A stretch of 59,794 bases of DNA, filler included, from 5 parts of 5 records of this genome joined end to end with filler, not necessarily neighbours in it; one strand, 5' to 3'; positions 28,918 through 38,932 are shown, numbered from the whole stretch's first letter. Notes: a model not told the origin generated them from the letters alone. Program-made: numbers and translations.

Positions 28918-29583
28918 TTAAAAAGCGATATCATACAAATCTTTACCATCTTCGGTAAAAGTATTAACACTAATATCGGTCATTGGATGCTTAATTAACT
29001 GCATCAAGAGCTCTGGGCTAATGGTTGCAGAGTGCGACCGTCCCATACTCACACGATGAATCTGATCGACAGTTTTAAAGCTTGCTGCCAACACTTTGGT
29101 GTCCAGATTAAAATCAATCATGTTTTGAACAATATCTCGAACTACCTCAATTCCATGTGATGATATATTATCCAAACGGCTTACATAAGGAGCCACATAA
29201 TCAGCACCAGCCTTAGCAGCAACTAGCGCTTGTTGTTGCGTGAAAATCGCTGTTGCCGTTACATTAATTCCTTTGTCTTTTAAAATCTGCATTGCCTTAT
29301 AACCTTCTGGAGTTACCGGAATTTTTGAGTAATAATTATCCCCCAGATTAAAATGTGACTTATAAGCTATTGCTTCCTTCACCATTTCGTCTGCAGTATT
29401 GCTCATTACCTGCACATGCATCATTCCATCTCCAATAATTCTCACAACCTCTTCAATAGCTTTTGAAAGCTTCATTCCCGATTGTTTAAGAATTGTAGGA
29501 TTGGTTGTTACACCTTCCAACGGAAAAAAATCATACAACTCTTTCAAAGCCTTCAAATCGGCTGTGTCTGCCATGTAAATCAT
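28918..29583 (-). CDS. Transaldolase / fructose-6-phosphate aldolase family protein
   Basis: ADTAD, GVTTNPTI, KIP Schiff-base lysine, APYVSRLD and LAASFK motifs. Confidence 0.9.
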   Translation of the reverse strand: MIYMADTADLKALKELYDFFPLEGVTTNPTILKQSGMKLSKAIEEVVRIIGDGMMHVQVMSNTADEMVKEAIAYKSHFNLGDNYYSKIPVTPEGYKAMQILKDKGINVTATAIFTQQQALVAAKAGADYVAPYVSRLDNISSHGIEVVRDIVQNMIDFNLDTKVLAASFKTVDQIHRVSMGRSHSATISPELLMQLIKHPMTDISVNTFTEDGKDLYDIAF

Positions 29584-29595
29584 ACCTATTCTCTT

Positions 29596-30870
29596 TTAAA
29601 TATCCTTAGCATTTGCAAGCAGATATTCTTCTGCCTCTACGGACCAAAGATCATTATTTCGTTCGCAAATTTCAGCTAATGCTGCAAAGAAAGGATCAGA
29701 TTTACCTTTTTCTTCAAATTCACTAATAGCGGTTAATGGAATATCCTTATGGGTATAAACAAGTTTTTTGCCTCCTGGAATATTTGGCAAATCCAATGTT
29801 GTATCAATAACAGAGTTCAATCCTCCAACGTGTGTTACCAAACCAGCTGGATCTAAACCTTTTCCAAACATCTCCAACGATTCTACCATATCGTCATTGT
29901 TACCTCCAGATGTTCCCACAATGTGAGTTGAAGCATAATGAACATTGTAGAAATTCATTTTTGCAGTAAACTCAGTATTTGAAGGTCCTGCAAAGAAATT
30001 TAAACAACCATCATTCGCCAAAATAGCATCACCCTGTTCGATTACCGGGGCAACAGGTGCAAAAACAAATACATCATCATAGCCAGTTCCACCGGAAACT
30101 TCTTTCAATTTTGCAACAGGATCATTAACATTACCTGTATTTAGGTAAATCAATTCAATCCCATTTTCTTTTGCCCACTCAGGCGAATAAATTGATGCTG
30201 CACGATCAAGACGACTTTGATCAATATCCGTAACGACCATCAATGAAGGTTTGCGGTCTTCACGACGAATTACATAGTTGATAGCTGCTAGTCCCATTGG
30301 TCCAACACCAGCTAGAATAGCCATTTTACCTCCTTCAACAATCTCCATGTCATGCACATAAGAACCAGGAGTTGTATGATAGTTCGCATGCATCGCTCCA
30401 ATCACACATGACAAAGGTTCAGCCAGCGAAGCCGGATAATAACCAGGTCCATCATAGGCAAGCAAACAATCTTGATCCAACACATCTTTAGGTATAATCA
30501 CATAGGTAGCATCACCACCAATGTGCTTATACGAATAACCGGGAGCACTTAAAACCCCAACAGGTCCATCTTTATAATAAATTGCAGGTTGAATTGAAAA
30601 TTTTTGCCCGGCTTTAAATTTATCTTTCCACTTCGCTCCAACCTCAACGAGTTCACCAGCAAATTCATGACCAATTATAATTGGATTTTCAGCTACATCA
30701 TCTGGGACACGTTTATGATCCGTGCCTTGTGTTGCAGCTTTATATGATGACATGCAAATACTGTCTGAAACAACTTTTGCTAAAATCTCATCTTCTTTAA
30801 TTGCAGGAAGTTCAAACTCTTCCAGTCTTAAATCTTTTTTATCGTATAATCTAACTGCTTTTGTTTTCAT
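29596..30870 (-). CDS. L-sorbose-1-phosphate reductase-like zinc-binding dehydrogenase (SorE-like)
   Basis: AVRLYDKKDLRLEEFELP, SDSICMS, NPIIIGHEF, AEPLSC, GVGPMG and GGKKLVY motifs typical of SorE. Confidence 0.8.
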   Translation of the reverse strand: MKTKAVRLYDKKDLRLEEFELPAIKEDEILAKVVSDSICMSSYKAATQGTDHKRVPDDVAENPIIIGHEFAGELVEVGAKWKDKFKAGQKFSIQPAIYYKDGPVGVLSAPGYSYKHIGGDATYVIIPKDVLDQDCLLAYDGPGYYPASLAEPLSCVIGAMHANYHTTPGSYVHDMEIVEGGKMAILAGVGPMGLAAINYVIRREDRKPSLMVVTDIDQSRLDRAASIYSPEWAKENGIELIYLNTGNVNDPVAKLKEVSGGTGYDDVFVFAPVAPVIEQGDAILANDGCLNFFAGPSNTEFTAKMNFYNVHYASTHIVGTSGGNNDDMVESLEMFGKGLDPAGLVTHVGGLNSVIDTTLDLPNIPGGKKLVYTHKDIPLTAISEFEEKGKSDPFFAALAEICERNNDLWSVEAEEYLLANAKDI

Positions 30871-30898
30871 ATCTATTATTTTTAATTAAACTATAATT

Positions 30899-30967
30899 TC
30901 ATTCCGTCTCATCAAGATGTTTCGGAATATCTGATATCAATAGACCCTGAAATTAGTTCAGGATGAC
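30899..30967. repeat. Degenerate REP-like palindromic element
   Basis: TCATTCCG...TTCGGAAT followed by AGACCCTGAAATTAGTTCAGGATGAC: a double hairpin with TCA/TGAC ends. Confidence 0.45.
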
Positions 30968-30993
30968 TTACTTTAAAAGCTAAGTCAATTTCT

Positions 30994-32961
30994 CTACTTC
31001 AACATATTTTGCCCACCAGTAACAGGAATAGCCTGACCAGTTTCATAGTTCTGTTCAATCACGTAATATACAGCTTTCATTACATCAGCAGGAGTACAAC
31101 CACGCCCGGCAGGCACTTGTGCTTCGTAAAATTTCTTCACATCTTCAATGGATTCCGCTCCCGGCACTTTACCTGCACGTAGGTATTGAACAAACAATCC
31201 ATTTTCAGGATCGGCCCAAAGTGGTCCATCAAAAAAGTTACCCGGACAAATAGAATTCACCTTAATATTTGAAGGCATTAATTCCAATGCAAATGATTGA
31301 GTTAAACCAATTCCTCCAAATTTTCCTCCGGCATACGCAAAGTTTTTATTACTTCCTTTTAATCCAGATTTTGAATTGATTTGGATGATATCCATGTAAT
31401 GATCAGCCTTAAACTGATTTTGCAGTTTCATTATTGCTGATGCATATTTAGAGCAAAGGAAATAGGCAGAATAGTTCACCTTAGTCATTAATTCAAAAGT
31501 TTCAGGTGTCATTTCATCCAGTCCTCCTGCTCTTAAGATTCCCGCATTGCTAATAAAAGTATCCAGTCCGCCAAAGTGAGCAACCGTTTCAAAAACCAAC
31601 TTCTGTACAGATTCAGCATTAGATACATCTGCCTGAACAAAGTATGCTTTATTCTTACGCTTAACCGAGTTTAACTGATTAGCAAATTCTTTTCCTTTCT
31701 CTGCATTTAAATCGGCAATTACAACATTGGCACCTTCTGTCATTAATTCTTCAACAATCCCAGCACCAAACCCCTGAGCACCTCCGGTAACAATCATCAC
31801 CCTGCCATCTACCCGACCAGCAGATGCACCAATGGATATTTTGGCCCGATATTGCTCAACTTCCCAGCTTTCAATAAAATCAATCCATTTTTGCTCCATT
31901 GGGTGTTGTCCGCCAAATGAATCAGCGAACTGAGCAATACGACAGTGATCGGTAACAACATCAACTAAAATTTCAGCACCCTCAGCATGGTCAGCAATAA
32001 CCATCACTCCTAAACCTGAAGCAAAAATTACTTTTGGAAGTTTGCCTTTTTCTAGTTTATATGCATTAATGCTTTCTTGTGCATTTTTTAGGAACTCATC
32101 AACATCTCCTGAAAAATCAACAAATAAAAATGCTGAATTTGAATAAACGATTCCATCAGGCGTAAACGGATTCGCAATTGCGCTCTGATTATCTTTTCCC
32201 AGATATTTATCAAGGATGGTACTGTTAGCTAATCGAACAACTTTTAAACCTTCTTCAGAAACCATCATTCGAACTGCTGGCACAATCTTATCAGCTAAAG
32301 GATTAAAATCAAGCATTTCGGTTGCTGGTTCTACACCATACACAACATCAAGTTTTTGTTCAATAAACTGGTAGTTAGCCTGAATTTCTTCAACAGAATT
32401 TCCTCCTACAAAAACACCGTGGTTTTGTAGAAAAATTATCGCAGGCTCTTTTGACTTTTCTTTGCGATATTTTAAAATGGCTTTCTCAACAACCTTGAAA
32501 AGAACATAACCAGGATCTTCGTATGAAATGTAAATAACTTCATCTCCAAAAAGCTCATTCGTTTTTTCAGCTACCTGCTTACTACACATCAAACCATTCA
32601 CTTTTGTTGAATGAGTGTGTACAACAAGTGGAAAATCAATTAAATTGTGCAACGAAGTTTCTACAGACGGACGCTGACCTTTTTCAGGCTCAACCCTACT
32701 TTTGAGTAAATCATTTTTAATTTCTTCCTCACGAAGTAAGGCATCTTCAGAATAGCTTTTGGTATTTATTTCATTAAGCATTTCGCGATCCAACTTGGCA
32801 AACCCATCTTCTCCAATTGTAGCAAGACTGTGTCCACTAGCTTTAACCCACAAATGTGCTTCATTTTTAAAAGAAGTATTTCCTCCACCGGCAATAACAA
32901 AATCATTTTGTTTGCCATAAAATTGAGACACTTCAATTAAGTCTTTTATTCCTTTATCCAT
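30994..32961 (-). CDS. Fusion of a class II aldolase/epimerase domain and a sorbitol-6-phosphate dehydrogenase-like SDR
   Basis: N-terminal GGGNTS, RPSVETSLH, HTH, NHG; C-terminal TGGAQGFG, IIQINSKSG, YAGGKFGGIGLTQS and TGQAIPVTGGQ (SrlD-like). Confidence 0.85.
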   Translation of the reverse strand: MDKGIKDLIEVSQFYGKQNDFVIAGGGNTSFKNEAHLWVKASGHSLATIGEDGFAKLDREMLNEINTKSYSEDALLREEEIKNDLLKSRVEPEKGQRPSVETSLHNLIDFPLVVHTHSTKVNGLMCSKQVAEKTNELFGDEVIYISYEDPGYVLFKVVEKAILKYRKEKSKEPAIIFLQNHGVFVGGNSVEEIQANYQFIEQKLDVVYGVEPATEMLDFNPLADKIVPAVRMMVSEEGLKVVRLANSTILDKYLGKDNQSAIANPFTPDGIVYSNSAFLFVDFSGDVDEFLKNAQESINAYKLEKGKLPKVIFASGLGVMVIADHAEGAEILVDVVTDHCRIAQFADSFGGQHPMEQKWIDFIESWEVEQYRAKISIGASAGRVDGRVMIVTGGAQGFGAGIVEELMTEGANVVIADLNAEKGKEFANQLNSVKRKNKAYFVQADVSNAESVQKLVFETVAHFGGLDTFISNAGILRAGGLDEMTPETFELMTKVNYSAYFLCSKYASAIMKLQNQFKADHYMDIIQINSKSGLKGSNKNFAYAGGKFGGIGLTQSFALELMPSNIKVNSICPGNFFDGPLWADPENGLFVQYLRAGKVPGAESIEDVKKFYEAQVPAGRGCTPADVMKAVYYVIEQNYETGQAIPVTGGQNMLK

Positions 32962-32966
32962 CCTGT

Positions 32967-34148
32967 TTATTTTTTTACAAAGTTCTTAATTACCTCATCG
33001 CCTAGCTCAATAAACTGAGCCCTTTCACTAATTTTCGCTTTTCCTGAATTATCAAGATAACCTTCTTTATCATTGCTAATCAAATCCTGATGAGCTGCAA
33101 CAACACAAGCCCCTTCATAAGCAATCTGTTTCATTTCATCAGAAAGCTCACTTCCTTCTCCATCAAACACAGTAATTGGGTCAAGCTTCGGCGTATTGTG
33201 TTCTGTACCTAGTGTAATTACAAACCCTTTGTTATTAAAGAAACGCACAAAGTCTTCCAAAATTGATGGTTTATTTCTACCCGGGATAAGCTCAATTGAA
33301 TAAACATTTTTCGCTACCAGACTATCATGTAACTTTTCAAAGTCACCCTCAAAATCGGTGAAATTTCCTTTCGGATCATCTAATAAAACCGGGTAACATG
33401 GAATTCCTCCAGCCTGAATAATTAACTCTGTAACTTGCTCCAGGCTCAAAAAAGCTTTGTCGTCTTCAGGAACAAATGCACGTCCACCCGATTTTAGCAG
33501 GTTGCCACGTATTTCATTTTCAAGCCCTGAAACATCATCCATTGACGATTTCACGTCTTTCCCTAAAAACAGCTTTTGAAAGAATTCTTTTTGATCATTC
33601 TCATCTGAGAAAACATCAACAATTTTTTCACGAAGCGCTTTTGCAATGTGTCGTTCCCGCAATATATTTTTAGCGTATTTATTTATCATTGAATCAAAAC
33701 TGAATTGAAATCCGGCTTCTAATTCAACCAAAAATTCATTCAATTTTTCAATCATCTGCGCAGTCTGACGATTGCTTTCTTCCTGCACTTTAAAAAGACG
33801 ATCCAACATCTCAGCATTAATTTGTAATGGATACTTCAAACCTTTGCCACTGAAATAGGTTCTTCCCGGATTGTTTGGATCGTTTACCCGAACACCCTTA
33901 GCCTGCAAATCTTTTTGCAACGCCATAAATTCAATATTGAATAACGGATAAATTTTATATTTACGAGCAAGCTTATCAAACTCCTCATAACCATCGGTAG
34001 TATAAAAGTCGTTAATACCCAGCACCTGAACATTCTCCTTTTCTGCCATTTCAAAAACCTGTTCGATTTTTGAAAAAGCACTAAATGAATATGGCGTATG
34101 GAAGTGTCCATTTACCGAAACTGAAGTTATCTTTGTTTTCGTTTCCAT
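32967..34148 (-). CDS. PHP-domain protein
   Basis: HFHTPYSF, GINDF, ERH and GTEHN metal-ligand motifs. Confidence 0.75.
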   Translation of the reverse strand: METKTKITSVSVNGHFHTPYSFSAFSKIEQVFEMAEKENVQVLGINDFYTTDGYEEFDKLARKYKIYPLFNIEFMALQKDLQAKGVRVNDPNNPGRTYFSGKGLKYPLQINAEMLDRLFKVQEESNRQTAQMIEKLNEFLVELEAGFQFSFDSMINKYAKNILRERHIAKALREKIVDVFSDENDQKEFFQKLFLGKDVKSSMDDVSGLENEIRGNLLKSGGRAFVPEDDKAFLSLEQVTELIIQAGGIPCYPVLLDDPKGNFTDFEGDFEKLHDSLVAKNVYSIELIPGRNKPSILEDFVRFFNNKGFVITLGTEHNTPKLDPITVFDGEGSELSDEMKQIAYEGACVVAAHQDLISNDKEGYLDNSGKAKISERAQFIELGDEVIKNFVKK

Positions 34149-34272
34149 CTTTTTTGAGATTTATTAAATTCTATACAAATGAATACAAAAAGGCAATATC
34201 TCCCATCCTTTGGTATCCTGTTATTTACACCTCCTTCAGCAAGTCCCAAACTTCATAGTAATTCTTTAAGCA

Positions 34273-35289
34273 TCAGGTAATATTCTGGCTATATTCATCA
34301 ATTTTCTTTATCCATATTAACTTCTCTTTGTTGCTCAACAAACTGGCTCTGAATGAATTTTTGGCAAGAACGAGAACCTCCTCTTTTGATAATTGAAGTG
34401 CCTTTGCAATTTCAATGAAATTTTCATTAATATACCCACCGAAGTATGCCGGGTCATCAGAATTCACAGTAACGAGCAACCCCAAATCCATCATTTTTTT
34501 TAATGGATGATTTTTAAGATCATCAACCACTTTCAACGCCAGATTTGAAAGTGGACAAATGGTTAACGGAATTTGCTTCTCCCTTAGTTGGGTTACCAAA
34601 TCATTATCTTTTATTGCCGCATTACCATGATCAAGCCGAAATACATGAAGTATATCAAGCGTGTCCCTAACATTCTGAGCAGTTCCTTCTTCCCCTGCAT
34701 GTGCCACCGTAAGGAAGCCTTCACGAATAGCCTTCTCAAAAACTCGTTTGAATTTCAATGGAGGATTGCCCTTCTCAGATGAATCCAATCCCACACCAAC
34801 AATCAAGCGTTTATATCGCAATGCTTCATCAAGCGTTTTAAAAGCTGCCTCTTCATCAAGGTGACGGAGAAAACACATAATAAGCTTGTTGGATATCCCT
34901 AACTTAGTTTCTCCATCTTTTAATGCACGTGTTACGCCATTAATTACAGCCTCAAATGAAACACCTCTTGAAGTATGCGTTTGTGGATCAAAAAAGATCT
35001 CAGCATGCGTAACATACTGCTCATGAATCTTTTCCAGATAAGCCCAGGTCAAATCATAAAAATCCTGTTCCTGCTGAAGTACATTTGCCCCTTGATAATA
35101 AATGTCCAAAAAATCCTGCAAACTTGAGAATTGATAAGCCATTTTCAATTCTTCAACTGATGAATACCCCAGTTGAATATGATTACGTTTTGCAAGTCTA
35201 AAAAGCAACTCGGGCTCCAGAGTGCCTTCAATATGCAAATGCAATTCTGCCTTTGGGATGGTTTTTATAAAATCATCTATTACTATCAT
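34273..35289 (-). CDS. add: Adenosine/adenine deaminase
   Basis: PKAELHLHIEG, AHAGEE, RLDHG, CPLSN and NSDDPAYF motifs. Confidence 0.92.
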   Translation of the reverse strand: MIVIDDFIKTIPKAELHLHIEGTLEPELLFRLAKRNHIQLGYSSVEELKMAYQFSSLQDFLDIYYQGANVLQQEQDFYDLTWAYLEKIHEQYVTHAEIFFDPQTHTSRGVSFEAVINGVTRALKDGETKLGISNKLIMCFLRHLDEEAAFKTLDEALRYKRLIVGVGLDSSEKGNPPLKFKRVFEKAIREGFLTVAHAGEEGTAQNVRDTLDILHVFRLDHGNAAIKDNDLVTQLREKQIPLTICPLSNLALKVVDDLKNHPLKKMMDLGLLVTVNSDDPAYFGGYINENFIEIAKALQLSKEEVLVLAKNSFRASLLSNKEKLIWIKKIDEYSQNIT

Positions 35290-35425
35290 AAGTCCAATTT
35301 TAAATCAATGTACATATCCTGCAAGAAGAACTCTTCAATAGATAAAAAGTTTTTGAGTGAACTGGTTTTCAGAACTTGTTTATGAATACATTCCGCAAGA
35401 CTTCCAAAGGTGGAGGATAGATGAT

Positions 35426-35458
35426 TAAAATAAAAAGGCAGTCCTCTGACTGCCTTTT
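35426..35458 (-). terminator. Intrinsic terminator, probably the 3' end of the candidate sRNA
   Basis: Minus strand AAAAGGCAGTC-AGAG-GACTGCCTTTTTATTTT. Confidence 0.75.
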
Positions 35459-35504
35459 CCGCCCCGATCTCTCGGGGAACTAACCTAAACCAACTAAACC
35501 TAAT
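35426..35504 (-). ncRNA. 3' half of a candidate sRNA (GGTTTAG repeats, CCCCG/CGGGG hairpin, terminator)
   Basis: Minus strand ATTAGGTTTAGTTGGTTTAGGTTAGTT-CCCCG-AGAGAT-CGGGG-terminator; the first 24 nt are identical to 54586-54609. Confidence 0.45.
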
Positions 35505-35604
35505 NNNNNNNNNNNNNNNNNNNNNNNNNNNNNNNNNNNNNNNNNNNNTTAATTAATTAANNNNNNNNNNNNNNNNNNNNNNNNNNNNNNNNNNNNNNNN
35601 NNNN
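35505..35604. other. Artificial contig-joining spacer
   Basis: N-run + TTAATTAATTAA + N-run. Confidence 0.98.
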
Positions 35605-36882
35605 GAGGACGCGTGCAACAAGGAGCTTGGCGGCAAGGTCACGCTGGACCTGCGCCACAATATCAACGACAAGGGACAAATCGCTGTGGAGCAGGGCGTT
35701 ATCGTCGGCTGCTCGGGCGGTATGTATGAAAATATCTCCGAGGCGACCGATATCCTTGACGGCCAATCCGTCGGCAACGGCTACTTCTCACTGTCGGTTT
35801 ATCCGTCCTCCGCGCCCATTGGGCTGGCGATGACGAAGGACGGCATTTCCGCCACGCTTATGGAAGCCGGCGCACTAATCAAATCGGCGTTCTGCGGCCC
35901 CTGCTTCGGCGCGGGTGATACGCCGGCTAACAACTCGCTGTCCATCCGCCATGCCACACGCAACTTCGCAAACCGCGAGGGCTCCAAGCCCGGAAACGGC
36001 CAAATTGCCGGCGTCGCACTCATGGACGCACGGTCCATCGCTGCCACAGCCATCAATGGCGGTATCCTAACGGCCGCGACCGATATCGACTATAAAATTA
36101 CGCCCAGAGAATACAAGTACGACCCGGGTGTATACGAAAAACGCGTTTACAACGGCTGGGGTAAGGCGGACCCGTCCGTCGAGCTGCGGTTCGGTCCCAA
36201 CATTACGGACTGGCCGACAATGCCCAAAATGGAGGATGATCTGCTCGTGAGGCTTGCCGCTGTTATTCGAGACGAGGTCACGACGACAGACGAGCTGATT
36301 CCGTCGGGTGAAACGTCCTCCTACCGCTCCAATCCCATTGCGCTGTCAGAATTTACGCTGTCGCGCCGCGTCCCGGAATACGTCGGACGCAGCAAGGCCG
36401 TCCGTGCGCTGGAAGAGGAGCGCCGGGGCGGGGAAGCACCGGCTGAAATCAAGGACGTACTGGAAAAGGTCGGCGGAGACAGCCGGAAAACGACGGTGGG
36501 TTCCTGCGTGTTTGCCAAAAAGCCCGGAGACGGCAGCGCCCGCGAGCAGGCGGCATCGTGCCAGAAGGTTTTGGGCGGCTGGGCCAACATCTGTTACGAA
36601 TACGCTACAAAGCGGTACCGCTCCAACTGCATCAACTGGGGTATCGTGCCCTTTACCATCGATCAAAACGAAACTTTTGATTATGAGGACGGCGACTGGG
36701 TATACGTTCCCGGAATCCGTCAACAGATACTGGACGGCGCGGATACGTTTGCGGCCAAAGCCGTCACCAAAGACGGCGTAAAGGACATCACGCTGTACTG
36801 CAAGGGCCTCAGTGACGACGACAAGCTGATTCTCACGGAAGGCTGCCTGATGAATTATTACGCCGCCGGTTACGGGAAATAA
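35605..36882 (+). CDS. Aconitase-family hydratase (YbhJ-like), 5' truncated
   Basis: Frame open from the contig start; GCSGG, FCGPCFG, RHATRNF, TTTDELIPSG and GDGSAREQAA motifs. Confidence 0.88.
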   Translation, partial: EDACNKELGGKVTLDLRHNINDKGQIAVEQGVIVGCSGGMYENISEATDILDGQSVGNGYFSLSVYPSSAPIGLAMTKDGISATLMEAGALIKSAFCGPCFGAGDTPANNSLSIRHATRNFANREGSKPGNGQIAGVALMDARSIAATAINGGILTAATDIDYKITPREYKYDPGVYEKRVYNGWGKADPSVELRFGPNITDWPTMPKMEDDLLVRLAAVIRDEVTTTDELIPSGETSSYRSNPIALSEFTLSRRVPEYVGRSKAVRALEEERRGGEAPAEIKDVLEKVGGDSRKTTVGSCVFAKKPGDGSAREQAASCQKVLGGWANICYEYATKRYRSNCINWGIVPFTIDQNETFDYEDGDWVYVPGIRQQILDGADTFAAKAVTKDGVKDITLYCKGLSDDDKLILTEGCLMNYYAAGYGK

Positions 36883-36939
36883 TATTCGGTTTCATTTGTC
36901 CAGTTTAAATAGGCTGGGGCTCCAGCTGAGGAGACAGAA

Positions 36940-37623
36940 ATGATAAAAGACATCTCGGGATGGATGACATCACTTGTACAAAAGCTATCGGCCGTTTTCA
37001 ACCGCCGGGTTATATTTATTGGTTTGCAGGGGAGCTATGCGCGAGGCGAAGCAACGGAGCAAAGCGACATCGATGTGGTTTTTATCCTGGATGAGCTGAC
37101 AATAAACGATTTGGCAACGTATAAGGATATCGTCCGTACAATGCCCTTCTCTGAAAAAGCCTGCGGCTTTATATGCGGCAAACAGGAATTATTGGCTTGG
37201 GCAAAAAGTGATCTGCTTCAGCTGGTTTATGATACAGTGCCGTATTCCGGCGATCTGAATGCCCTGGTCGGCCCCATCGACAGGCGCTATTGGATTGACG
37301 CTATAAAAATCGGTGTGGGTAATATATATCATGAAATTTGCCACCGCTTCACATTTGACGGTACGGCATCTGAGCAGGTTGAAGATTTAAAAACAGCTTA
37401 TAAAGCAGTGTTTTTCATACTGCGCATGTGCGTTTTTCTTGAGACAGGGAAATATATCGCGAAAAGAGACGAGCTTCAAGAACACCTATCGGATACCGAT
37501 CTGCAGATGCTGCGCGTGAATAGTAATTGGCCGCTTTTAAAAAGCGACAGGGAAGAGCGGCCGGATTTTTATTTTGAGCAGCTGCTGAACTGGTGCCGTA
37601 AAAAACTGATTCAATACGAATAA
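36940..37623 (+). CDS. Pol-beta-like nucleotidyltransferase domain protein
   Basis: GSYARGEATEQSDIDV motif followed by a helical C-terminal region. Confidence 0.75.
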   Translation: MIKDISGWMTSLVQKLSAVFNRRVIFIGLQGSYARGEATEQSDIDVVFILDELTINDLATYKDIVRTMPFSEKACGFICGKQELLAWAKSDLLQLVYDTVPYSGDLNALVGPIDRRYWIDAIKIGVGNIYHEICHRFTFDGTASEQVEDLKTAYKAVFFILRMCVFLETGKYIAKRDELQEHLSDTDLQMLRVNSNWPLLKSDREERPDFYFEQLLNWCRKKLIQYE

Positions 37624-37664
37624 TCACTTAAAGCACACATAAATCATTTCCGGAGGTACTAAGC

Positions 37665-38867
37665 ATGCCAAAAATCCAGATGACGACGCCGCTCGTGGAG
37701 ATGGACGGCGACGAAATGACCCGCGTTTTGTGGCGCATGATCAAGGACCGGCTGATTTTGCCGTACGTCGACCTGAAAACCGAATACTATGACCTGGGCC
37801 TTTTAAGCCGAAACGCGACAAAGGATCAAATTACCGTCGACGCGGCTGTAGCCACGAAGAAATATGGCGTCGGCGTCAAATGCGCGACGATTACGCCCAA
37901 TAAGCAGCGTATGGAGGAATATCCTGAGCTGACGGAGATGTGGAAATCGCCCAACGCGACGATCCGCTCTGTGTTAAACGGTACAATCTTCCGCGCGCCT
38001 ATTACGCTGGAGTGCATCAAGCCCGTCGTGAAAAACTGGAAGAAGCCCATCACGATTGCCCGTCATGCCTATGGCGACGTGTACGCAGCTGTTGAGATGC
38101 AAGCCGACGAGCCGGGCGAGTGCACGCTGACCTTCAAGGGAGAAAGCGGTGCTGAAAAGACGCTGACAGTGCGGAAAACAAACGGACCCGCTGTGTGGCA
38201 GGGGATGCATAATACCGACGAAAGCATCCGGTATTTTGCCAGAGCGTGCTTTAAGTATGCCGTCGATACGAAGCAAGACCTGTGGTTTTCCACGAAAGAC
38301 ACCATTTCTAAGATTTATGACGGCCGGTTTAAAGCCATCTATGAGGAAGAGTATGAAGCGTTTAAGGCTGATTTTGAAAAGCTCGGCATCGAGTATTTCT
38401 ACACGCTCATTGACGATGCGGTGGCGCGTGTCATGCGGTCACAGGGTGGCTTTATCTGGGCGCTTAAGAATTATGACGGCGACGTCATGAGCGATATGGT
38501 CTCAACGGCATTCGGATCTCTGGCAATGATGACGAGCGTGCTTGTCTCGCCGGACGGCATCTATGAATTTGAGGCTGCCCACGGCACGGTGACAAAGCAC
38601 TACTACCGGTATCAAAACGGTGAGAAAACGTCGACGAATCCGATGGCGACCATTTTTGCCTGGACAGGCGCGCTGCGCAAAAGGGGAGAGCTGGATGGCT
38701 TAGAAGATCTCGCAGCGTTTGCCGAGAAGCTGGAAAAGGCCTGTTACGATACGCTCAGCGCCGGGACAATGCCCAAGGAACTGGCTGCTCTTGTGGACGA
38801 CGGTTTTGAAACAACGGTTGTTAACACGGAGGAATTCATTGACGCCATTGCGTCCAGATTGGGCTAA
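37665..38867 (+). CDS. icd: NADP-dependent isocitrate dehydrogenase
   Basis: EMDGDEMTR, KCATITP, SPNATIR, NYDGDVMSD and EAAHGTVTKHY motifs. Confidence 0.96.
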   Translation: MPKIQMTTPLVEMDGDEMTRVLWRMIKDRLILPYVDLKTEYYDLGLLSRNATKDQITVDAAVATKKYGVGVKCATITPNKQRMEEYPELTEMWKSPNATIRSVLNGTIFRAPITLECIKPVVKNWKKPITIARHAYGDVYAAVEMQADEPGECTLTFKGESGAEKTLTVRKTNGPAVWQGMHNTDESIRYFARACFKYAVDTKQDLWFSTKDTISKIYDGRFKAIYEEEYEAFKADFEKLGIEYFYTLIDDAVARVMRSQGGFIWALKNYDGDVMSDMVSTAFGSLAMMTSVLVSPDGIYEFEAAHGTVTKHYYRYQNGEKTSTNPMATIFAWTGALRKRGELDGLEDLAAFAEKLEKACYDTLSAGTMPKELAALVDDGFETTVVNTEEFIDAIASRLG

Positions 38868-38892
38868 CGCTCGTTTAAAATTTGAGAGAGAG

Positions 38893-38932
38893 GGTCAGCG
38901 CTTGTTCTTCGTGAAAAGCGCTGACCTTTTTT
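38893..38932 (+). terminator. Intrinsic terminator after icd
   Basis: GGTCAGCGCTT...AAGCGCTGACC followed by TTTTTT. Confidence 0.8.

Noticed and set aside
35481-35504. Shared 24-mer as a CRISPR repeat or telomere
   Set aside because: No repeat-spacer array or cas genes; too short and irregular for a telomere; flanked by promoter, hairpins and terminator instead
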